From the IMG/VR virus record IMGVR_UViG_3300047275_000314, positions 1 through 27,630 of that record: a DNA stretch of 27,630 nt; one strand, 5' to 3'. The notes under the pieces are model-generated. The model saw only the letters and a program-made list of their open reading frames with translations, was not told the origin of the DNA and did no database searches. The position numbers and the translations under genes are program-made. Source of the DNA: a virus (taxonomy: Duplodnaviria; Caudoviricetes). Of this stretch, positions 1-6,903 are shown in pieces (the first letter of the stretch is position 1; each line of letters starts with the position of its first letter).

Positions 1-21
1 CCTTAGTAATCCCCCATTCCC

Positions 22-49
22 CCCTTTAGTCCCCCAGAGGGGGAAAGGG
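22..49. repeat. Imperfect inverted repeat/hairpin
   Basis: CCCTTT(22-27)-AGT-CCCCC(31-35)-AGA-GGGGG(39-43)-AAAGGG(44-49). Confidence 0.55.
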
Positions 50-101
50 TTATTGTGGAGCGAATGTGAATGAGCGGAACGATAAGCCTTGGGGGAAGTG
101 G

Positions 102-131
102 TTGACGAAGTCGTACCTTTGTATGAATGGT
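102..131 (+). promoter_or_regulatory. Possible sigma70-type promoter
   Basis: TTGACG at 102-107 upstream of ATG 137; -10 element ambiguous (TATGAAT 122-128). Confidence 0.35.
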
Positions 132-136
132 TAGGA

Positions 137-574
137 ATGAATGAGTATTTCGAGGCTGATGTGATGAGGGTTTCTGGGCTGACGAAGAACGATCTTCGTG
201 CGCAGCGGAAGGTGTTGCAGGAGGGTTTGCATTGGTATCGTAAGCCTAGGAATGTGGACAAGCGTTATTGGCCGATAGTGTGGACGCAGGCTGGATTGGA
301 CAGTCTGTGCAAGGTGGCTGGGATTGATAATCCTGATTTGGAGCAGGAGTTGAGCGAGGTGGAGCCGCCGAGGGAGGTGTTCGGGGTGGTGAAGTCGAAG
401 TTCAGGAATCCCAGGCTGATTCGGTGCGTTGTTGAGATGGGGGGCAAGGGGGAGGAGGTTATGGTGCTTGTGCGGGACAGTAAGAATTTCGTGGTTGGGA
501 TGAAGGTGCCGTTGAGGTCTGACGGGCAGCGGTGGGTTGCGGCTAAGCATCCCCGGTTTGGAGGGAAGTGGTGA
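137..574 (+). CDS. Hypothetical protein, possible Xis-like winged-HTH N-terminus plus beta-rich C-terminal domain
   Basis: ATG 137 preferred over TTG 89; LQEGLHWYRK resembles the LxEGxHW/Y segment of excisionase-like DNA-binding proteins; TGATG coupling to next gene. Confidence 0.7.
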   Translation: MNEYFEADVMRVSGLTKNDLRAQRKVLQEGLHWYRKPRNVDKRYWPIVWTQAGLDSLCKVAGIDNPDLEQELSEVEPPREVFGVVKSKFRNPRLIRCVVEMGGKGEEVMVLVRDSKNFVVGMKVPLRSDGQRWVAAKHPRFGGKW

Positions 575-882
575 TGGCTCCTCGCAAGAAGAAGGGTGGC
601 AAGGGTGGGAAGACTGGGGTGAATGAGTTCATCGCAGGGATGAAGCGGTGTCCGAATGACGAGCAGGCCGAGGCTTCGCTGGTCTTTGCGGTCAAGTCCT
701 TCAGCAAATACTTTTCGGAGGGCATCATCGTTGCCAAGGTCAAGGGGGAGCGGTATAAGATCGTGACCTTCGGCCAGGGGGAGGTGAAGGATCACTTCCA
801 TCCCGTTATGTGGTCTGGGATCAAGGCCGCTTTTGAGGCTTTCAAGGAAGGCCCAGCCGATGCCGACATATACGAACCTTGA
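574..882 (+). CDS. Hypothetical protein with basic N-terminal tail
   Basis: ATG overlaps upstream TGA (572-576); MAPRKKKGGKGGK N-terminus. Confidence 0.75.
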   Translation: MAPRKKKGGKGGKTGVNEFIAGMKRCPNDEQAEASLVFAVKSFSKYFSEGIIVAKVKGERYKIVTFGQGEVKDHFHPVMWSGIKAAFEAFKEGPADADIYEP

Positions 883-957
883 GCCACAGTAGCACAATGG
901 TGGTGCGCCCGTTTTGTAAACGGGGGGTTGTCGGTTCAAGTCCGACCTGTGGCCCCA
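883..957 (+). tRNA. tRNA-Thr, anticodon TGT, CCA encoded
   Basis: Acceptor GCCACAG/CTGTGGC; D stem GCAC/GTGC with GG in loop; anticodon stem CCCGT/ACGGG with loop TTTGTAA; T stem GTCGG/CCGAC with TTCAAGT; C954 then CCA 955-957. Confidence 0.95.
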
Positions 958-960
958 TAC

Positions 961-991
961 TTGACAAATAACTTATAACCTGCATTAGAAT
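961..991 (+). promoter_or_regulatory. Sigma70-type promoter, probably giving a leaderless or short-leader mRNA
   Basis: Perfect TTGACA 961-966, AT-rich spacer, TAGAAT 986-991 (19-nt spacer) or CATTAG 983-988; ATG at 997 with no SD. Confidence 0.65.
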
Positions 992-996
992 TGCTA

Positions 997-1242
997 ATGG
1001 CTACCTATAAGGGCAGAAAAGTATCTCTGAACAAGCCGTTCCGTACCCCAGGCGGGCCGAAGAAGTCGGCGGTGTATGTCAAGGGCGCCAACGGCAAGAC
1101 AAGGATCGTCCGTTTCGGCGACCCGAATATGACCATCAAGAAGAACAACCCGGCTCGTCGTAAGTCGTTCCGTGCCAGACACAAGTGCGCCAATCCAGGC
1201 CCGAAGACCAAGGCCAGGTACTGGTCTTGCAAGGCTTGGTGA
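997..1242 (+). CDS. Small basic conserved phage protein (DUF6321-like)
   Basis: YKGRKVSLNKPFRTPGGPKK...FGDPNM...RRKSFRARHKC...KARYWSCKAW matches a widespread aquatic-phage family as I recall it. Confidence 0.85.
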   Translation: MATYKGRKVSLNKPFRTPGGPKKSAVYVKGANGKTRIVRFGDPNMTIKKNNPARRKSFRARHKCANPGPKTKARYWSCKAW

Positions 1243-1246
1243 TTTT

Positions 1247-1459
1247 ATGGAGAAAATCATCGAGAAAATCAAGCAACTGCTGGTCGGCCTGTTCGGCTTC
1301 CCAGAGAAGATCGACATCATTATGCCCCTGAAAAAGTCGTCATCCAAGAAGGCGTTTGAGTACAACCTCAAGGCCGAAATGCGCTCCGGCAAGCCCCGGA
1401 AGCAGGCACTTGCCATCGCCTACTCCGTCAAGCGGAAGGCGTCCCGCAAGAAGCGTTGA
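1247..1459 (+). CDS. Small basic phage protein of the MPLKK...GKPxKQAxAIA family (start 1247 or 1322)
   Basis: MPLKKSSSKKAFEYNLKAEMRSGKPRKQALAIAYS is a familiar terminase/portal-associated small protein motif; stop overlaps terminase TTG. Confidence 0.8.
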   Translation: MEKIIEKIKQLLVGLFGFPEKIDIIMPLKKSSSKKAFEYNLKAEMRSGKPRKQALAIAYSVKRKASRKKR

Positions 1460-3066
1460 AACTCACCCAGCATCCAGTCCTCAAGGTTCCGACACCTGAG
1501 GAACTGCGCCTGCTGACCGAAAAGGTCGGTGCGGACGAAGTCGCTCGGATCCTTCGGATCCGAGAAGAGAAGATCGTTGCCGAGAAGACTGATCCCTACA
1601 GGCACGGATACGAGCCGTTCCATTGGAAGGAAGCGGACGAGATTCTTAAGCATCACCAGGAGATATGCGTCCTGGGGGGCAACCGAGCGGGCAAGACGGA
1701 GTGGGCGGCCAAGCGGGTGGTGTCCACGATGGTCAATATCCCCAATGCGAGGGTCTGGTGTCTGCATACGACATCCAAGTCGTGCATCGAGATGCAACAG
1801 AATGTCATCTGGAAGTACCTGCCGCCGGAGTTCAAATCCCTTAAGAAGGGTAGGGTTACCAACATTCAGTACACCCAGAAGAACGGTTTCTCGGACGGGA
1901 CATTCATTTTCCCTAATGGCAGCCAATGCCATTTCCTGAATTATGCGCAGGAAAAGCGTGTGATTGAGGGTGGCGAATGCGACATCATCTGGTGCGATGA
2001 ATTGGTGCCTTTGGACTGGATTGAGACCCTGAGGTACCGAATTGTGACCCGCCGTGGTAGGCTTATAGTCACTTTTACGCCTATTTCCGGCTATACCAAT
2101 GTCGTCAAGGAGTACATTTCAGGGGCAAAGGTGCTTGAGACCAAGAAGGCGACAGTTCTAGACCAGAATACGCAACACGCCCCTGGCTGCCCTAACGGCC
2201 ATATGCCTTACAGGGCTAAATCCCGTGGAAAAGACGCAGGAGTCATCTGGTTTCACTCCCAATTCAACCCTTACAACCCGTTTGACGAACTTTGTAAGAC
2301 TTTGGAGGGCAAAACGACCTACGAGAAGAAGATCCGTGCTTATGGATGGGCAGAAAGCCTCGCAGGGGCGCAATTCCCTCGTTTTGGCGACCTAAACGAG
2401 ATAGATCACGACAAAATCCCAGAAGAAGGCACCAATTATATGGTCGTTGACCCCGCTGGAGCCAGAAACTGGTTTATGTTGTGGCTCAGGGCGGTAGGAC
2501 AAGGTGAAAGGACTCGTTGGTATGTCTATCGAGAGTGGCCTGACGCAACTTACGGGGAATGGGCGCTCCCTGACTCAAAAATGGACGGAAAGGCTGGCCC
2601 CGCACAGCGGGCTGGCGGCGGTAGGGGCATAAATGAGTACAAGGAGATCATCCGTGACCTTGAGGGCGAGGAAAAGGTCGAAGAGCGGTATATCGACCCC
2701 CGTGCCGGTGCAACGCAGGCTGCTGGCAAGGAGGAAGGCACATCCCTGATTGAATTGCTTGATTCAGACCCAGACCCGATGTTTTTCACCCCCGCCCCTG
2801 GTTTGCGCATCGAGGAAGGAGTGGCACTAATTAATGACGCCCTGGCTCACGATCCAAGTCAGCCCCTGTCACCGATCAATGAGCCAAAACTCTATGTATC
2901 CAAGAACTGCCAGAATCTCATCTATTCCCTGCGTGAATGGACTGGGGCTGATGGTGAGAAAGGAGCATCGAAAGACCCGGTGGACTGCCTGAGGTATCTT
3001 ATGGTAGTACAGCCTGAGGAATATGACGAGGATCATTACAAGTGCCGAGGGGGCGGCTCTTACTGA
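1456..3066 (+). CDS. terL: Terminase large subunit
   Basis: Walker A GGNRAGKT, Walker B IIWCDE, coupling motif TFTP, RNase H-like nuclease acidic residues VVDPAG, YIDP, KDPVDCLRY. Confidence 0.96.
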   Translation: MKLTQHPVLKVPTPEELRLLTEKVGADEVARILRIREEKIVAEKTDPYRHGYEPFHWKEADEILKHHQEICVLGGNRAGKTEWAAKRVVSTMVNIPNARVWCLHTTSKSCIEMQQNVIWKYLPPEFKSLKKGRVTNIQYTQKNGFSDGTFIFPNGSQCHFLNYAQEKRVIEGGECDIIWCDELVPLDWIETLRYRIVTRRGRLIVTFTPISGYTNVVKEYISGAKVLETKKATVLDQNTQHAPGCPNGHMPYRAKSRGKDAGVIWFHSQFNPYNPFDELCKTLEGKTTYEKKIRAYGWAESLAGAQFPRFGDLNEIDHDKIPEEGTNYMVVDPAGARNWFMLWLRAVGQGERTRWYVYREWPDATYGEWALPDSKMDGKAGPAQRAGGGRGINEYKEIIRDLEGEEKVEERYIDPRAGATQAAGKEEGTSLIELLDSDPDPMFFTPAPGLRIEEGVALINDALAHDPSQPLSPINEPKLYVSKNCQNLIYSLREWTGADGEKGASKDPVDCLRYLMVVQPEEYDEDHYKCRGGGSY

Positions 3067-3293
3067 TGAAACGCCCTGAAGACTACCCTATGTTGCTGTC
3101 CAGGTCTATGGCCGAACAATTGACGGGCATAGATGTCCGTGAGTTGGACAAACTCCGCAAAACAGGTCAAGTGCGGTGTTACACCACTATTGGAGGCCAA
3201 CACCGCTTCCATAAGTCATCCCTTTTGCAATATATCGAATCAAACTCCACCCAAAGTTTCCAAAATGCCAGACCAGAACAACAGGCGGGATAA
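3066..3293 (+). CDS. MerR/excisionase-like (HTH_17-type) DNA-binding protein
   Basis: LLSRSMAEQLTGID..ELDKLRKTGQVRCYTTIGGQHRFHKSSL fits HTH plus wing (T.GG.HR); TGATG coupled to terL. Confidence 0.8.
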   Translation: MKRPEDYPMLLSRSMAEQLTGIDVRELDKLRKTGQVRCYTTIGGQHRFHKSSLLQYIESNSTQSFQNARPEQQAG

Positions 3294-5397
3294 ACTCGCT
3301 TTCTATTCTTCAACCCCGGACATCGGAGAACTCCAGACAGAACTGGAGCGTTCTCTTTACAACGGCGGCAATGTAGCCCGTCTTAACAGCAATGACGACA
3401 TCCGTCTTGCCCGCTGGGAAGGACAGACTGATGACGGCAAGAAGCACAGCGCGAATCTGAGCGAGGGAGAGCAGGCTTTCCCGTTTGAAGGAGCGTCCGA
3501 TGTGCGATGCCGCCTGGTTGACCAGACGATCAATGAACTGGTAGTCCTGCTTGTCTCATCCTGGCAACTCGCTAGGCTGCGTGTCAGCGGCACGGAAGTC
3601 GGAGACGCAAGCACAGCAGCCAGCATCCAGACCCTGGCAGACTGGGTGGTGAACAATCGTCTTCGCAATGACCTTCTAACGGAAGCGGAACTGCTTGCCC
3701 AGTACACCCAGCAGTTCGGATGGTCTGTCGCTCACATCGGCTGGGAGCGCAGACTCGGTATGCGAACAGTTGCCCTTACTTTCGCAGAACTTGAATCCCG
3801 TGCGCAGGCTGGAGACATCATAGCAGGAGAGGCCGTAAGCAGCCTCAAGTCGCTTGGAATCAGCGACTATTCCGTGAGCGCACTTATGAACGCCATCGGA
3901 TGCTCAAAGAAGGAGGCCGAGCGAATCGGAAATGACCTGATCTCTACTGGCGCCACAACCTATCAACAGCAGTACGCCGTATCAAATGCTCCCGCAATTG
4001 CGGCATTGAAGCCTTTTGATGAAATCTGTTTCCCGCCTGAAACGCTAGACCTTCAGGATGCAAGGGTCATATTCAGGCGCACATTCCTCAATGAAGTTGA
4101 ACTGAGGGAACTCATCGAGACTGACGACTGGGACGAAGAGTTCGTGAATCAGGCCGTTGAGACGGCTGGCAAGTCCGCTTGGTATGCGGATCCCAACCTC
4201 GTCCCGTCCACCACCAACATCGGTAACACCCTTGAACGCGCCGACCACCTGATTGAAATCGTCTACGCCTACACAAGGCAGATCGGCCCTGACGGCATCC
4301 CGTCCATCTACTACACAGTATTCTGCCCGAATACCCAGGAAGATGTGTACGCCAAGCACGAACTTCTTGACTATGCGCACGGGATGTACCCGTTTGTCGA
4401 GTACCGCCGCGAGCGCCTTCGCCGTTCTATCGTTGAATGCCGTGGAGTTCCTGAACTGGCCTACACAGACCAGTTGGAAGTGAAAGCGCAGCACGACTCA
4501 ATCCGTGACCGCACGGCCTTTGAGACCCTGCCTCCTATCAAGGTCAAGAAGCGTCTTGGGACTCAGAACACGATCCAGCCGGGAGGCCTGCTGCCCGTTA
4601 CCACTCCTGACGACTACACATTCCTGTCTCCTCCGTCAGGCAACCCCGCCCTTGCGTTCAACCTCATCGACAGGGTCGAGATGCGCAACGCCGCATACTT
4701 CGGCCTTTACCATCCGAATGTGCCTCCAGTCAAGACACAGACCACTCAGCAGTTCATCGTCAACAACTGGCTTTCTGCCTGGAGCAAGATCTACAAGCAA
4801 GTCGTCTCGCTCGCTCTTCAGTATATGGACGGAGTTGAAATCGAGCGCATCGTCGGTATGCCCATCGTGTTCAACCCCCAGGAACTGTCCGCGACATATG
4901 ACTTCAATGTGTCGTACAATGTCAGGGAACTTGACACGGATTATGTCCTTGAGAAACTAAAGGCCATCTCATCGTTTGTCGTTCCGATGGACGCTGGCGG
5001 CGTAATTGACAGAAACAAGTTGACGGCCAGGTTCGTTGAGGCCATCAGCCCTGAGGCCGCCAAGGACATCGTGCTTGATCAGGCTTCCGCTAGCCAGCGT
5101 ATGTACTCCGATGTCCAGACAGACATCGCCAAGATGATGGCTGGTATGGAACCGCAGTATGTCGAGAATGACCCTGCTGCGCAGTCCAAACTCCAGTTCG
5201 TTCAGGACATTATGCAGAAGAACCCCAAGGTTCAGCAGGCCGCCCAAGGTGATCCTCAGTTCCAGGCTCTCTTCCAGAACTACATCCAGAACCTACAGAT
5301 GAGCGTTCAGCAGCAGCAGAACAAGACCATCGGGCGAATCGGGGTGACCCCCGTGTCTGATAAGATGGCGCAGCAGCCGGAGCAGCCTCAATTCTAA
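3265..5397 (+). CDS. Portal protein (P22-like)
   Basis: 710 aa after terL; motifs PFEGASD, YPFVEYRRE, RGVPEL, Q-rich helical C-terminus; ATG 3265 preferred over 3133. Confidence 0.9.
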   Translation: MPDQNNRRDKLAFYSSTPDIGELQTELERSLYNGGNVARLNSNDDIRLARWEGQTDDGKKHSANLSEGEQAFPFEGASDVRCRLVDQTINELVVLLVSSWQLARLRVSGTEVGDASTAASIQTLADWVVNNRLRNDLLTEAELLAQYTQQFGWSVAHIGWERRLGMRTVALTFAELESRAQAGDIIAGEAVSSLKSLGISDYSVSALMNAIGCSKKEAERIGNDLISTGATTYQQQYAVSNAPAIAALKPFDEICFPPETLDLQDARVIFRRTFLNEVELRELIETDDWDEEFVNQAVETAGKSAWYADPNLVPSTTNIGNTLERADHLIEIVYAYTRQIGPDGIPSIYYTVFCPNTQEDVYAKHELLDYAHGMYPFVEYRRERLRRSIVECRGVPELAYTDQLEVKAQHDSIRDRTAFETLPPIKVKKRLGTQNTIQPGGLLPVTTPDDYTFLSPPSGNPALAFNLIDRVEMRNAAYFGLYHPNVPPVKTQTTQQFIVNNWLSAWSKIYKQVVSLALQYMDGVEIERIVGMPIVFNPQELSATYDFNVSYNVRELDTDYVLEKLKAISSFVVPMDAGGVIDRNKLTARFVEAISPEAAKDIVLDQASASQRMYSDVQTDIAKMMAGMEPQYVENDPAAQSKLQFVQDIMQKNPKVQQAAQGDPQFQALFQNYIQNLQMSVQQQQNKTIGRIGVTPVSDKMAQQPEQPQF

Positions 5398-5398
5398 T

Positions 5399-5527
5399 AT
5401 GGGAAAAACCTACAAGGATACGAAGTACCGCAAGAAAGGCGGCCTGATGTCGTCTAAAGTCCACAAGGACAAGAGGATGTGCAAGCGCAATTGCCGCTGC
5501 CGTCATCATAATGGCGAAAAGTCTTGA
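5399..5527 (+). CDS. 42-aa basic Cys/His-rich small protein (not in ORF track)
   Basis: MGKTYKDTKYRKKGGLMSSKVHKDKRMCKRNCRCRHHNGEKS; starts 1 nt after portal stop, fills the gap, phage-typical codons. Confidence 0.65.
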   Translation: MGKTYKDTKYRKKGGLMSSKVHKDKRMCKRNCRCRHHNGEKS

Positions 5528-5750
5528 GGATCATAAGCGGGTTCTGACTTTCGAGACCAACGAGGTCTGGGAGTCGGTGCAGGCTTTCCTCGGCGCCAGC
5601 ATTGATGCTGAGGTAGACAGGGCTATTGCGTACTCTACCGAAGGCGAAAAGCGCATCCACGCCTGTGGACGGGCTGAATCGCTCAAGGACTTCAGAGATA
5701 TGCTTTTGAGCCTTCAGCAAGAGGCCAGGAACGGCAAGTATAGATCCTGA
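5511..5750 (+). CDS. Small helical protein between portal and scaffold
   Basis: 79 aa ORF at a position commonly occupied by a small head-assembly protein in podoviruses. Confidence 0.8.
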   Translation: MAKSLEDHKRVLTFETNEVWESVQAFLGASIDAEVDRAIAYSTEGEKRIHACGRAESLKDFRDMLLSLQQEARNGKYRS

Positions 5751-5795
5751 CCTTACCAAAAGGTTGCCAAAACTTACAAAGCCACCTTGCACCCG

Positions 5796-5822
5796 TTGAC
5801 GGGGCTTGGAATGGCGCATTAT
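5796..5822 (+). promoter_or_regulatory. Probable promoter for scaffold-capsid operon
   Basis: TTGACG 5796-5801 and CATTAT 5817-5822 in a 106-nt intergenic gap; GCATTA shared with the 961 promoter. Confidence 0.5.
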
Positions 5823-5829
5823 TCCCCCT

Positions 5830-5906
5830 ACGCCCCTGGGAGCGTTATTCCCTGATATGTCAGAAAACACCAATGCCGATATCGGAACGGCTGAAAACAA
5901 CTCCGA
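5830..5906 (+). promoter_or_regulatory. Two putative tandem H-type RNA pseudoknots around the scaffold start codon
   Basis: PK1 ACGC/GCGT plus GGGA/TCCC; PK2 GCCG/CGGC plus TCGGA/TCCGA with A-rich linker. Confidence 0.5.
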
Positions 5907-6891
5907 GGTACAGTCGAACAAGCCCCAGTCCGGGCTTAATCAAGAAACCCTAGCGGATATCCTCCGCAACACCCTGTTCAAGGACGATGATCAGGCGGCA
6001 CAGCCCCAGGCCGATTCCGAGGGCGAAGACCAAACGGAGGTCAAGGATGACGCAGGTGACGAGGCTCCAGCGCAGGATGCCCAAGCCGAAAGCGAAGTCC
6101 CCCAGGCCGAGGATGGCGAGAGCGAAGTTCCTTCACAGTCAGCGGAAGACAACGAGGAGGAAGACAACCTCCCAAAGGGCGTTCAGAAGCGTATCGACAA
6201 ACTGACGGCCAAGCGCAAGCAGGCCGAGGAGGAGATCCAGAATCTCCGCAGCGAGTTGGATGTTCTGAAGCAGCAGATTTCTGAATCCAAGGCTTCGGGT
6301 CAGGAGAGCGAAACCAGCGTCAAAGACGCATCAAATCCGTTCTCAGGACTTAACACGAAGGCCGATGTGGAGAAGGAAGTCGAGCAGGCCCGGTGGCTGA
6401 AGTACAAGTGTATGGAGAATCCTAACGGGTTCTTCATCGGAGAAACGGAGTACGGCCCCGAAGATGTCAGCAGGATGCTGGTCAACGCAACGAAGGCAAT
6501 CGAGGTTCATCTGCCGCAGCAGATGGCTAAGATCAACGCCTACGAAGCGGTCAAGCCCATCGCAGAATCTGAATATCCTTGGTGGAAGACCCCGCAATCC
6601 AAAGAGTACCAGTTGGCGCAGCAGATCATTCGCAACTTCCCGCAGTTCAAGAACTATCCTGATTATATGCTCTTCGTGGGCGATTACATCAGGGGTTATA
6701 TGGCACGGGAAACGGCGGCTTCACAGAAGCAGCCAGCGAAGAAGGCTCCCATCCAGTCCGTCCGTCCTACCGCTGCCCCAGCGAAGACTAGCCCCAAGAC
6801 AGCCGGGGCCAAGGTCGCTGAGGGTCGATTCGTCAAATCGACTAATGCTGAAGATCTAGCCAAGGTTCTGCTATCCAAAGGCTTCATCTAA
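5857..6891 (+). CDS. Capsid scaffolding protein
   Basis: Acidic low-complexity N-terminus, GVQKRIDKLTAKRK coiled-coil motif, P/A/K-rich C-terminus, directly before capsid gene. Confidence 0.9.
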   Translation: MSENTNADIGTAENNSEVQSNKPQSGLNQETLADILRNTLFKDDDQAAQPQADSEGEDQTEVKDDAGDEAPAQDAQAESEVPQAEDGESEVPSQSAEDNEEEDNLPKGVQKRIDKLTAKRKQAEEEIQNLRSELDVLKQQISESKASGQESETSVKDASNPFSGLNTKADVEKEVEQARWLKYKCMENPNGFFIGETEYGPEDVSRMLVNATKAIEVHLPQQMAKINAYEAVKPIAESEYPWWKTPQSKEYQLAQQIIRNFPQFKNYPDYMLFVGDYIRGYMARETAASQKQPAKKAPIQSVRPTAAPAKTSPKTAGAKVAEGRFVKSTNAEDLAKVLLSKGFI

Positions 6892-6903
6892 TTCCATACT
6901 ACT

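Noticed and set aside
883-957. tRNA as prophage attachment site
   Set aside because: Phage genes on both sides, no duplicated tRNA 3' end and no integrase in the window
3133-3264. Longer starts in the ORF track (89, 1172, 3042, 3133, 5806, 25624)
   Set aside because: They overlap upstream genes or promoter-like sites; downstream ATGs give coupling and sensible N-termini
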